Position numbers and translations under genes: made by a program. Below are positions 46,398 through 55,319 of a stretch of 64,000 nucleotides of DNA, piece by piece (within the stretch, counting starts at the first letter, position 1; every line of letters begins with the position of its first letter). This DNA is from Escherichia virus KFS-EC3. The notes beneath the pieces were generated by a model. It was given only the letters and a program-made list of their open reading frames with translations, was not told where the DNA came from and made no database searches. The stretch lies in the sequence record MZ065353.1; one strand, written 5' to 3'.

Positions 46398-46860
46398 AGT
46401 AGCAAAACATTATTCAATAGAATTTATGTCCAAAGAAGGTAAATCAGTAAATACACTTGATAAAAAGTGCTCATTAATTATTCCTTTAGCAGAAAATCCG
46501 GATCTTTTAATTAAAGATATAAAAGAAAGAAAATATCCAGAAAATGTTATTCTAATTATAAAGCATACTGAAGATATTTTGCAGAATACTGATTCACCAT
46601 TTTCTTCTTCTGAAGCTTTAACTATTAAAGGCTATAAAAGAGCTCATGAATATGGTCTTTTTGACCTGTTTGAAGACGATAAAGTTAAATTAGTTAGTCA
46701 ACCTTCTAAAAGTAAAACATTCATTATTGAAGATATTAAAGATATAAATGCATTCGTTAAGATGGTCTGGGCTCATTTTGATGTTGGACTACGCTGGAGA
46801 ATGTCCGAAGAAGAAAGAAAGATTATTGAAGCTAATCGTCAATTTGGTTTTTATCGCTAG
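46390..46860 (+). CDS. hypothetical protein (156 aa)
   Basis: ORF track. Confidence 0.55.
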   Translation: MIEVAKHYSIEFMSKEGKSVNTLDKKCSLIIPLAENPDLLIKDIKERKYPENVILIIKHTEDILQNTDSPFSSSEALTIKGYKRAHEYGLFDLFEDDKVKLVSQPSKSKTFIIEDIKDINAFVKMVWAHFDVGLRWRMSEEERKIIEANRQFGFYR

Positions 46861-46868
46861 GAATTAAT

Positions 46869-47051
46869 ATGGATTTATTTGAGATGTTAGAAGATAATCA
46901 TTCTACGAATATCCAGAATGATTCTAGTGATTATAAGAAAGAGTACCGTATAGTATTACAGAATTATGGAATTGAAGCCCCAGATGCTCTTCTAGAAGAA
47001 CTAGCTTCATACCATCTTGACCCTCCGCCCTGGGCTCCCTGGGCAAAATAA
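46869..47051 (+). CDS. hypothetical protein (60 aa)
   Basis: ORF track. Confidence 0.45.
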   Translation: MDLFEMLEDNHSTNIQNDSSDYKKEYRIVLQNYGIEAPDALLEELASYHLDPPPWAPWAK

Positions 47052-47062
47052 TTCAAAAAGTT

Positions 47063-47092
47063 GTTTACTTTCCTTCCTAACAATGATATGAT
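47063..47092 (+). promoter_or_regulatory. T4-type early promoter
   Basis: GTTTAC, 17 nt, TATGAT; GGAGG RBS follows. Confidence 0.5.
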
Positions 47093-47118
47093 AGCTTCTG
47101 AAGTATATGGAGGCTATC

Positions 47119-47742
47119 ATGATTATTAATCTTGCAGATGTTGAACAGTTATCTATAAAAGCTGAAAGCGTTGATTTTCAATATGATATGTATAAAAAAG
47201 TCTGTGAAAAATTTACTGACTTTGAGCAGTCAGTTCTTTGGCAATGTATGGAAGCCAAAAAGAATGAAGCTCTTCATCGGCAGTTGAATAAAATCATTAA
47301 AAAGCATTTAACTGAATCACCTTATCAGTTATATCGTGGTATATCAAAATCGACAAAAGAACTCATTAAAGATTTACAAGTTGGAGAAGTGTTTTCAACG
47401 AACAGAGTAGATTCATTTACTACTAGTTTGCATACAGCGTGTTCTTTTTCTTATGCTGAATATTTCACTGAAATAATATTTCGCTTAAAAACTGATAAAG
47501 CTTTTAATTACTCTGACCATATCAGCGATATTATACTTTCTTCTCCTAATACTGAGTTTAAGTATACATATGAAGATACTGATGGATTAGATTCAGAACG
47601 TACTGATAACTTAATGATGATTGTGCGTGAACAAGAATGGATGATTCCAATTGGAAAGTATAAAATAACTTCTATTTCAAAAGAAAAATTACACGATTCG
47701 TTTGGAACATTTAAAGTGTATGATATTGAGGTAGTTGAATGA
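47119..47742 (+). CDS. modB: ADP-ribosyltransferase ModB
   Basis: 207 aa from ATG 47119; paralog of the next gene; size and order match T4 modB-modA. Confidence 0.7.
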   Translation: MIINLADVEQLSIKAESVDFQYDMYKKVCEKFTDFEQSVLWQCMEAKKNEALHRQLNKIIKKHLTESPYQLYRGISKSTKELIKDLQVGEVFSTNRVDSFTTSLHTACSFSYAEYFTEIIFRLKTDKAFNYSDHISDIILSSPNTEFKYTYEDTDGLDSERTDNLMMIVREQEWMIPIGKYKITSISKEKLHDSFGTFKVYDIEVVE

Positions 47743-48341
47743 AATATTCAGCAATGCAATTAAAAGATTTTAAAATCAAATCAATGGATGCATCTGTGCG
47801 TGCTTCTATTCGTGAAGAATTACTTTCTGAAGGATTTAATTTATCCGAAATTGAACTTTTAATTCATTGTATTACTAATAAGCCAGACGATCATTCTTGG
47901 TTAAATGAAATAATCAAATCTCGTTTGGTTCCAAACGATAAACCTCTTTGGAGAGGTGTTCCAGTTGAGACTAAACAGGTGTTAAATCAAGGAATTGATA
48001 TTATTACATTTGATAAAGTAGTATCAGCTTCATATGATAAAAATATAGCTCTGCATTTTGCTTCTGGATTAGAATACAACACGCAAGTTATTTTTGAATT
48101 CAAAGCTCCTATGGTGTTTAATTTCCAGGAGTATGCTATAAAAGCTTTACGCTGTAAAGAATATAGCCCAAGTTTTAAATTTCCGGATAGCCACCGTTAT
48201 CGTAATATGGAATTAGTTTCAGATGAACAAGAAGTAATGATACCAGCTGGAAGTGTATTTAGAATTGCGGATAGATATGAGTATAAAAAGTATTCAACAT
48301 ACACTATCTATACTCTTGATTTTGAAGGATTTAATCTATAA
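47739..48341 (+). CDS. modA: ADP-ribosyltransferase ModA
   Basis: 200 aa; paralog of upstream gene; ATGA coupling. Confidence 0.7.
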   Translation: MKYSAMQLKDFKIKSMDASVRASIREELLSEGFNLSEIELLIHCITNKPDDHSWLNEIIKSRLVPNDKPLWRGVPVETKQVLNQGIDIITFDKVVSASYDKNIALHFASGLEYNTQVIFEFKAPMVFNFQEYAIKALRCKEYSPSFKFPDSHRYRNMELVSDEQEVMIPAGSVFRIADRYEYKKYSTYTIYTLDFEGFNL

Positions 48342-48397
48342 TGGAAGGACTTAGATTCATTATACCATGAAAGTTTTAAAGCATTTTTCATAAAGTT

Positions 48398-48427
48398 GTT
48401 TACAAGCTGAAGTAAAAATGTTATAGT
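48398..48427 (+). promoter_or_regulatory. T4-type early promoter
   Basis: GTTTAC, 17 nt, TTATAGT; 60 nt to ATG 48458. Confidence 0.5.
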
Positions 48428-48457
48428 ATAAGTAGTTAACCCGTCCGTGAGAAAAAT

Positions 48458-49204
48458 ATGAAACTGTCTAAAAATCAAATTCGTAAAATTACACGTCGTT
48501 TAGAGCATACTCAGGCATCTGCCAAAAGACGTTCTAAAGATTTTAACTTAGACTTCAATTACATTAAGAACATTTTAGATCAGAAAGTTTGCGCTTACTC
48601 GGGAGAACCTTTTGATAATCGTATTGAAGGAGAGAAATTATCATTAGAACGTTTTGATAATAACGTTGGATACATTAAAGGGAATGTTATTGCAGTAAAG
48701 AAAAAGTACAATACATTTCGTTCTGATTATACTTTAGAAGAGTTGATTGAAAAGCGTGATTTGTTTGCTTTACGAATTGGTCGTTCATCTGCGAAAAAAG
48801 TTCATAAACTAAATTTAGATGAAAAGAAATGGGCTAAAATCAAAAAGACTTATAATCAAATTAAAGCTATACAGAAAAAACGCGAAAACCGAATTGAGCA
48901 CATTTCTCAGCTTTCTAAATCAAAACAAACTTCTGACGTTAAGCTAACGATTATAGCACTTAAAGCTCGTATTGATGGTTCTCGTATAGCAGAAGGCGCT
49001 GAAGTTGTTAAATTGAACGTTCTTCTTAAAGGCTCGGATTGGAAAACTGTGAAAAAGTTGTCAGAAGCAGAAATGCAATATGATATGTGTGATAAAATTA
49101 TTCAAGGTGTAGAGCGGTATCAAAACTTGTCTTTTATTGATAAACTTAAACTGAAAAGAGGATACCCGCTAAATTGTTCAATTTTTAAACTTATCCGAGG
49201 ATAA
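48458..49204 (+). CDS. srd: hypothetical protein (248 aa), possible Srd
   Basis: length and position (between modA and dda) fit T4 srd; sequence not independently recognised. Confidence 0.5.
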   Translation: MKLSKNQIRKITRRLEHTQASAKRRSKDFNLDFNYIKNILDQKVCAYSGEPFDNRIEGEKLSLERFDNNVGYIKGNVIAVKKKYNTFRSDYTLEELIEKRDLFALRIGRSSAKKVHKLNLDEKKWAKIKKTYNQIKAIQKKRENRIEHISQLSKSKQTSDVKLTIIALKARIDGSRIAEGAEVVKLNVLLKGSDWKTVKKLSEAEMQYDMCDKIIQGVERYQNLSFIDKLKLKRGYPLNCSIFKLIRG

Positions 49205-49205
49205 T

Positions 49206-49517
49206 ATGTTTTATGTATATGCGATAGTGTATAGAGATAAAGATGGATTTGCGGTGCCTGTTCCTCTTGATGAACATCGTCCTGCTGTATTTTTTGAAAG
49301 GGAGATTGCCGATAAAGTTTTTACAACTCTTAAAGAGCAGTATCGACTAGCTTTAGGTATGGGAATTCCGAGATTAGTTGAGACTCCACGCAAGTTTTGG
49401 TTTAATAAAATAGAAGTTAAACATGTTAAGCCTGATGTAGACACACAAAGATTATATCGGCGAATTTTAGATACTGGGCGTATTGTTAGTATACCAATTG
49501 CAGGGAATTTACGATGA
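49206..49517 (+). CDS. hypothetical protein (103 aa)
   Basis: ORF track; ATGA coupling to dda. Confidence 0.55.
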   Translation: MFYVYAIVYRDKDGFAVPVPLDEHRPAVFFEREIADKVFTTLKEQYRLALGMGIPRLVETPRKFWFNKIEVKHVKPDVDTQRLYRRILDTGRIVSIPIAGNLR

Positions 49518-50833
49518 CATTTGATGATTTGACAGAAGGCCAGAAAAATGCCTTTAACATCGTTATGAGGGCTATTAAAGAAAAGAAACATCATGTAACT
49601 ATTAATGGACCTGCTGGTACTGGTAAGACTACTCTTACTAAGTTCATCATTGAAGCCTTAATATCTACAGGCGAAACTGGCATTATTTTAGCAGCTCCTA
49701 CTCATGCAGCTAAAAAGATTCTTTCAAAACTGTCAGGGAAAGAAGCGAGTACTATTCACAGTATTCTTAAAATTAACCCAGTAACATACGAAGAAAACGT
49801 TCTTTTTGAGCAAAAAGAAGTACCGGATTTGGCTAAATGCAGGGTATTAATCTGCGACGAAGTGTCAATGTATGATAGAAAGCTATTTAAAATTTTGCTT
49901 TCAACTATCCCGCCATGGTGTACTATAATTGGAATAGGAGATAATAAGCAAATTAGACCTGTTGACCCAGGAGAAAACACTGCTTATATCAGTCCGTTCT
50001 TTACGCACAAAGACTTTTATCAGTGTGAACTCACTGAAGTTAAACGCAGTAATGCTCCTATTATTGATGTAGCTACTGATGTTCGCAACGGTAAGTGGAT
50101 TTATGATAAAGTTGTTGACGGGCATGGAGTACGTGGATTTACTGGTGATACCGCTTTACGCGATTTTATGGTAAATTATTTTTCAATTGTAAAATCACTA
50201 GATGATTTGTTTGAAAATCGCGTAATGGCATTTACGAATAAATCTGTTGATAAGTTAAATAGCATTATTCGCAAAAAGATTTTTGAAACTGATAAAGATT
50301 TTATCGTTGGTGAAATTATTGTAATGCAGGAACCATTAATTAAAACATATAAAATTGATGGAAAGCCTGTGTCAGAAATTATTTTTAATAACGGACAATT
50401 AGTTCGTATTATAGAAGCAGAGTATACATCAACATTTGTTAAAGCTCGTGGTGTTTCTGGAGAATATCTAATTCGTCATTGGGATTTAACAGTAGAAACT
50501 TACGGCGATGATGAATATTATCGTGAAAAGATTAAAATAATTTCATCTGATGAAGAGCTGTATAAGTTTAACTTATTTTTAGGTAAAACGGCAGAAACTT
50601 ATAAAAATTGGAATAAAGGTGGAAAAGCTCCATGGAGTGATTTTTGGGATGCTAAATCACAGTTTAGTAAAGTGAAAGCACTTCCTGCATCAACATTCCA
50701 TAAAGCACAGGGTATGTCTGTAGACCGTGCTTTTATCTATACGCCTTGTATCCATTATGCAGATGCTGAACTAGCTCAGCAGCTTCTTTATGTTGGTGTC
50801 ACTCGTGGTCGTTATGATGTGTTTTATGTGTGA
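49514..50833 (+). CDS. dda: Dda DNA helicase (SF1B)
   Basis: 439 aa; Walker A GPAGTGKTT; length matches T4 Dda. Confidence 0.95.
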   Translation: MTFDDLTEGQKNAFNIVMRAIKEKKHHVTINGPAGTGKTTLTKFIIEALISTGETGIILAAPTHAAKKILSKLSGKEASTIHSILKINPVTYEENVLFEQKEVPDLAKCRVLICDEVSMYDRKLFKILLSTIPPWCTIIGIGDNKQIRPVDPGENTAYISPFFTHKDFYQCELTEVKRSNAPIIDVATDVRNGKWIYDKVVDGHGVRGFTGDTALRDFMVNYFSIVKSLDDLFENRVMAFTNKSVDKLNSIIRKKIFETDKDFIVGEIIVMQEPLIKTYKIDGKPVSEIIFNNGQLVRIIEAEYTSTFVKARGVSGEYLIRHWDLTVETYGDDEYYREKIKIISSDEELYKFNLFLGKTAETYKNWNKGGKAPWSDFWDAKSQFSKVKALPASTFHKAQGMSVDRAFIYTPCIHYADAELAQQLLYVGVTRGRYDVFYV

Positions 50834-50839
50834 GGATAT

Positions 50840-51100
50840 ATGATTAACATCAATTCAAAATATTTAAATCGTCTAATAGATGGTATAAAGAAGCATACTG
50901 ATAAGCAAGATAATCTCAGTGTTATGGTAACAGGAGCTGAGCTCCTTTATAAGCTTAATCTTATAAGTGATACTATACTGGCAATTAAACGAATTGAAAA
51001 ACAATCATATCATAGTAATACAGATACGGTAATTACATTAGATGAAAGTGTCTGTAAGCTGCTAATTAAATTTGAGGAAGCTATTCGTGGAAATAACTAA
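50840..51100 (+). CDS. hypothetical protein (86 aa), member of a tandem paralog trio
   Basis: ORF track; similar in size and C-terminal pattern to the next two ORFs. Confidence 0.55.
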   Translation: MININSKYLNRLIDGIKKHTDKQDNLSVMVTGAELLYKLNLISDTILAIKRIEKQSYHSNTDTVITLDESVCKLLIKFEEAIRGNN

Positions 51101-51332
51101 AGACCAGTTTTATCTACTTCAAGATAAAGTGAGCGAAATTTATGAAATAGCTTATAGTAAAAATCGCAAAAACGTGAAAATTGAATCGGGAAAGTTAATG
51201 CTTCAATTGGAAGAAATTGAACGAGATTTGATTGCATTAGAATTCTTTTGTGGTGAAGTGAAAACTGTTACAATCAGTGATTATGTTTTAGGCGAAATTA
51301 GCCATCTTTATAAGGCGGTTATTAATGATTGA
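51087..51332 (+). CDS. hypothetical protein (81 aa), tandem paralog
   Basis: GTG start with GAGGAAG RBS; track start at 51072 is TTG. Confidence 0.5.
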   Translation: MEITKDQFYLLQDKVSEIYEIAYSKNRKNVKIESGKLMLQLEEIERDLIALEFFCGEVKTVTISDYVLGEISHLYKAVIND

Positions 51333-51567
51333 ATTAAGTTTGCATCAGTTTAAATCTCTTATGGCAAATGTTAAAGCTGTCATTCAAGAAAATTCAGGAC
51401 CTGATAATGTTACTATTCGCGAAAAAGCTTTAAAGATAGTATACAGTCTTGAAGAGATACAAAAAGATATTGAATCTATGGCAAAATTTATTGATGAGCC
51501 CATTAATAAAGTTTATATCCAAGATTATACTGTAGGTCAAATTCGCGATTTAGCGAGGAAAATTTAA
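51325..51567 (+). CDS. hypothetical protein (80 aa), tandem paralog
   Basis: ORF track. Confidence 0.55.
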   Translation: MIELSLHQFKSLMANVKAVIQENSGPDNVTIREKALKIVYSLEEIQKDIESMAKFIDEPINKVYIQDYTVGQIRDLARKI

Positions 51568-52250
51568 TGTTTGATTTTATTATAGATTTTGAAACAATGG
51601 GAAGCGGTGAAAAAGCAGCTGTTATTGACTTAGCTGTTATTGCCTTTGACCCTAACCCAGAAGTAGTTGAATCCTTTGATGAATTAGTTTCACGCGGCAT
51701 TAAAATCAAGTTTGATTTAAAAAGCCAAAAAGGACATCGTCTTTTTACTAAAAGCACTATCGAATGGTGGAAAAATCAGTCTCCTGAAGCTCGAAAAAAT
51801 ATTGCGCCATCAGATGAAGATGTAAGCACTATCGATGGTATTGCAAAATTTAATGATTACATCAATGCACATAACATCGATCCTTGGAAATCTCAAGGCT
51901 GGTGCCGTGGAATGTCGTTTGATTTTCCAATTTTAGTCGATCTCATTCGCGATATTCAGCGTCTTAACGGCGTTTCTGAGAATGAACTTGACACATTTAA
52001 GTTAGAACCATGTAAATTCTGGAATCAACGTGATATTCGTACTAGAATTGAAGCACTTTTGCTTGTTCGTGATATGACCACGTGTCCTCTTCCAAAGGGA
52101 ACTTTAGATGGATTCGTTGCACATGATTCTATTCATGACTGTGCGAAAGACATCCTGATGATGAAGTATGCTTTGCGATATGCTATGGGTCTTGAAGATG
52201 CTCCGTCAGAGGAAGATTGCGATCCTCTATCCCTTCCAACAAAACGATAA
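51567..52250 (+). CDS. dexA: exonuclease A (DnaQ-like 3'-5' exonuclease)
   Basis: 227 aa; DEDD-type motif FDFIIDFET; length matches T4 DexA. Confidence 0.9.
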   Translation: MFDFIIDFETMGSGEKAAVIDLAVIAFDPNPEVVESFDELVSRGIKIKFDLKSQKGHRLFTKSTIEWWKNQSPEARKNIAPSDEDVSTIDGIAKFNDYINAHNIDPWKSQGWCRGMSFDFPILVDLIRDIQRLNGVSENELDTFKLEPCKFWNQRDIRTRIEALLLVRDMTTCPLPKGTLDGFVAHDSIHDCAKDILMMKYALRYAMGLEDAPSEEDCDPLSLPTKR

Positions 52251-52256
52251 AAAGTT

Positions 52257-52286
52257 GTTTACTTCCTCGGTTAGTTATGGTATTAT
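52257..52286 (+). promoter_or_regulatory. T4-type early promoter
   Basis: GTTTAC, 17 nt, GTATTAT; a 30-codon ORF (52314-52406) follows. Confidence 0.5.
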
Positions 52287-52408
52287 AACACCATAGCTAC
52301 TGAGGATAATAAAATGAAAATTTATCGTGTTGAACTTCTGAACGTTGTTCATGCAGGTGATTTTAGCGTAGTACCTCGTAGTGCAGTGGTAGCTATTTTA
52401 AATTAATA

Positions 52409-52438
52409 GTTTACAAACTCTTGGGACCAGAGTATAAT
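52409..52438 (+). promoter_or_regulatory. T4-type early promoter
   Basis: GTTTAC, 17 nt, GTATAAT; GGACC/GGTCC inverted repeat around the -10. Confidence 0.55.
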
Positions 52439-52482
52439 GGTCCTGTGGAGTATAAAATCTTTTTAACAAGTGAGAGATAACT

Positions 52483-52971
52483 ATGATTATTAATATTGGT
52501 GAAATTGCTCGTGTATCTGATAAATCACGTTCTAAAGCAGCAGGAAAATTGGTCGAAATTGTAAGCATTCAGCTTAAACATGGTGTTAAAGATGAAGATT
52601 CTGAAGTAAAAGTGCGTATCATTCCTAAAGATGGAAAGTCTAAACCTCAGTTTGGCTATGTTCGTGCGAAATTTCTTGAGTCTGCGTTTTTGAAAGCTGT
52701 TCCTGCTAAAGGAATTGAAACGATTGATACTTCGCATGTAGGTGTAGACTTTAAGTGGAAACTCGGTCAGGCTATTAAGTTCATTGCTCCTTGTGAATTT
52801 AAATTTATCAAAGATGATGGTGTGGCTGTTTATACTCGTGCTATGTGCGCATACATTACCGATCAGTGGGTAGAAGACGGTGTTAAGCTGTATAATGTGG
52901 TATTTTTAGGAACATACAAAGTCATTCCTGAAAGCTGGATTAAACACTATAGCAAAGCTCTCTATGCATAA
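52483..52971 (+). CDS. motB: MotB DNA-binding protein
   Basis: 162 aa; length and position (after dexA) match T4 MotB. Confidence 0.7.
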   Translation: MIINIGEIARVSDKSRSKAAGKLVEIVSIQLKHGVKDEDSEVKVRIIPKDGKSKPQFGYVRAKFLESAFLKAVPAKGIETIDTSHVGVDFKWKLGQAIKFIAPCEFKFIKDDGVAVYTRAMCAYITDQWVEDGVKLYNVVFLGTYKVIPESWIKHYSKALYA

Positions 52972-52987
52972 AGTTTAAGGAATTATT

Positions 52988-53407
52988 ATGAATATTGTAA
53001 ATCTCTCTACTGGTGATTACGTATATGTATCCGTTGCTTCTCGTTCTAAAGTTGCAGGAAAGCTGGTTGAAGTTCTTTCTATAAGTGATCCAGTTTTTGG
53101 TCGTAACGAGGTTAAAGTTCGTGACGCTGATGGTAACATTGGTTATGTCTCAAGCCAATTCATTGAGCCAGAAGAAAGCGCATTTAAATGGAAACTTTGT
53201 TCTTCAGTTTTAGTTGTAAAAGACCATAAATTCACAATTGCGGCGGCAACAGATGGAACTCCGTGGACAACGAATCAAGTCGCTGGTTTTATTTCGGACC
53301 GTTGGGTAGAAGATGGCGTCAAGCTCTACAATATTGTTTTTGCAGGCCAGTTCATGGTAGTTCCTGAATTCCAAATTAAAAAATGGTGCGAAGCAGCTTT
53401 AGCATAA
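52988..53407 (+). CDS. MotB paralog (139 aa)
   Basis: shares SRSK(A/V)AGKLVE(I/V) and WVEDGVKLYN(I/V)VF motifs with motB. Confidence 0.6.
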   Translation: MNIVNLSTGDYVYVSVASRSKVAGKLVEVLSISDPVFGRNEVKVRDADGNIGYVSSQFIEPEESAFKWKLCSSVLVVKDHKFTIAAATDGTPWTTNQVAGFISDRWVEDGVKLYNIVFAGQFMVVPEFQIKKWCEAALA

Positions 53408-53514
53408 ATTTGCATAAAGTTTAAAATTTTTTCATAAAACTATATACATCAGTAGTTGATTATGGTACTATATCAATATCAACTACTGATACAGAAAACA
53501 ACTTGGAGAATAAA

Positions 53515-53784
53515 ATGGAAAACTTAATTATCATCGAACAATCTTTCAACGATTATGGTATGGCTTATGGTTATCGTGCGATAATGGAAGATTCTCGTGG
53601 ATGTGTTATCGATATTGCTGAATGTAAAGATTTACTGCAGCTTTTGAAGATTGTTCGTAAAAATTGGGATTGTGAAAACATTAAAGTTCGTGTTGTAACG
53701 GAAGAAGAAACTGTTTTTCATGATGTAAAATTTGCCAAAGGTGCTGCTACTCTTCTGAAACGCATTGCTCCACTGTTCAATTAA
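53515..53784 (+). CDS. hypothetical protein (89 aa)
   Basis: ATG with GGAGAATAAA RBS downstream of a degenerate promoter cassette. Confidence 0.5.
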   Translation: MENLIIIEQSFNDYGMAYGYRAIMEDSRGCVIDIAECKDLLQLLKIVRKNWDCENIKVRVVTEEETVFHDVKFAKGAATLLKRIAPLFN

Positions 53785-53797
53785 TGAGGAAATTGTA

Positions 53798-54013
53798 ATG
53801 AAACGTAAAATTGTTCAGAACTGCACTAATGACGAATTTGAAGATGTATTATTCGATCCAGATTTGGTAGTAGTTCAAAAGGAACATACTGTTAAGTTTA
53901 CTCACTTGACTTCGGTTTATGTGTATGAGAAAGTCGGCGATAAACAGCCAATTTACGGTGTATTTCGTGAAATTACTGAAGATGGCACAACTTACTGGAA
54001 GGAAATTTATTAA
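53798..54013 (+). CDS. cef: hypothetical protein (71 aa), possible Cef
   Basis: TGAGGAAATT RBS; length and position fit T4 cef; sequence not recognised. Confidence 0.4.
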   Translation: MKRKIVQNCTNDEFEDVLFDPDLVVVQKEHTVKFTHLTSVYVYEKVGDKQPIYGVFREITEDGTTYWKEIY

Positions 54014-54432
54014 TGGCTATTAAATTTGAAGTTAATAAATGGTATCAATTTAAAAATAAACAGGCTCAAGAAAATTTTATTAAAGACCATACTGATAACG
54101 GAATCTATGCACGACGTTTAGGTATGGAACCTTTTAAAATTTTAGATGTGGACTATTACGGGCGTCCTACTAAAATTGTGACATCTACTGGCACAGTTGG
54201 ATATGCAACACATGGTGATATCCTTGACGAAAACTTTATCTGGCTTTCTACTAACGAAGCTGGGTTCTTTGATGAAGTGGAAAATCCATACCAGGCATCT
54301 GAAGAACAAGAGCAGGAAGAGCAAGAACAAATAGAAGATTTCACAGAATTCCCAGTCATGAAAGTTACTATTGAAAATAATGAACAGGCATGGTCCTTGT
54401 ATCAGATGTTGAAAGCACACTTTAAGGAATAA
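54013..54432 (+). CDS. hypothetical acidic protein (139 aa)
   Basis: ORF track; acidic [10 protein letters not shown] stretch. Confidence 0.55.
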   Translation: MAIKFEVNKWYQFKNKQAQENFIKDHTDNGIYARRLGMEPFKILDVDYYGRPTKIVTSTGTVGYATHGDILDENFIWLSTNEAGFFDEVENPYQASEEQEQEEQEQIEDFTEFPVMKVTIENNEQAWSLYQMLKAHFKE

Positions 54433-54434
54433 TT

Positions 54435-54611
54435 ATGCCAATGTATGATTATAAATGCCAATCCGAAGATTGCGGGCATGAATATGAAAAAATTAAAAAG
54501 ATTTCTGAACGAGAAAATGATGTTTGCCCTAAATGTCATCGTTTGTCTACTCGTCGGCCTTCTGCTCCTAAGCATGTAAATGGTGGTTTTTACGACTTAC
54601 TTAAAGGGTAA
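54435..54611 (+). CDS. zinc-ribbon small protein (58 aa)
   Basis: MPMYDYKC...C...CPKC four-Cys ribbon; below track cutoff. Confidence 0.45.
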   Translation: MPMYDYKCQSEDCGHEYEKIKKISERENDVCPKCHRLSTRRPSAPKHVNGGFYDLLKG

Positions 54612-54613
54612 TT

Positions 54614-54985
54614 ATGTTTAAAATCGGTAAGAAATATCGTATTCGCGAAGGTGAAGAACAGAAATATCTACTTTCTGCTAGTAATAGGAATAGTTCTATT
54701 AATGCCGTAATATCTACAAGCGAATTTATCGTTGAAGATATGAAAGGTCATAATGTTACAATGATTAGTACAGCATCTGGAAATGATGGAAAAATTCTTC
54801 ATAGTTGTCAGAGTAATGTTCTAATTTATGATGAAGAATTTGACTTCTTCAAAGAAGTTTCCGAAGATTTTAATTTTGAATGTACTATCACTATGAAATC
54901 TGGCGACCCTCTTTCTTTTACAGTTAAAGATGAAAGAAGTCGCTTGAGAATTATTAGTCTCCTTCAAGCCATTAAATTTGAGTGA
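54614..54985 (+). CDS. hypothetical protein (123 aa)
   Basis: ORF track. Confidence 0.55.
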   Translation: MFKIGKKYRIREGEEQKYLLSASNRNSSINAVISTSEFIVEDMKGHNVTMISTASGNDGKILHSCQSNVLIYDEEFDFFKEVSEDFNFECTITMKSGDPLSFTVKDERSRLRIISLLQAIKFE

Positions 54986-54989
54986 AATT

Positions 54990-55250
54990 ATGAAATATGT
55001 TAATCGTTCTATCGCGGCATTAGTATTAGCAGTATCTTTAGTAGGATGTACTGATGCTGATAATGCAACCAAAGTTTTGTCTTCAAGTGGTTTTACTAAT
55101 ATTGAAATCACTGGATATAATTGGTTCGGTTGCTCTGAAAATGATTTCCAGCATACTGGATTTCGTGCTATTGGACCTACCGGGCAGAAAGTAGAAGGAA
55201 CCGTATGTTCTGGTCTATTCTTCAAGGATTCGACTATCCGTTTTAAATAA
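54990..55250 (+). CDS. lipoprotein (86 aa)
   Basis: signal peptide with lipobox LVGC. Confidence 0.55.
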   Translation: MKYVNRSIAALVLAVSLVGCTDADNATKVLSSSGFTNIEITGYNWFGCSENDFQHTGFRAIGPTGQKVEGTVCSGLFFKDSTIRFK

Positions 55251-55267
55251 AAGGCCTTCGGGCCTTT
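55251..55267 (+). terminator. hairpin terminator
   Basis: AAGGCC-TTCG-GGCCTT after the stop. Confidence 0.5.
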
Positions 55268-55319
55268 AGCTTTATGATTACCGGAGTATAATATTCCCGA
55301 AACCAAACGAGGATAAGTG

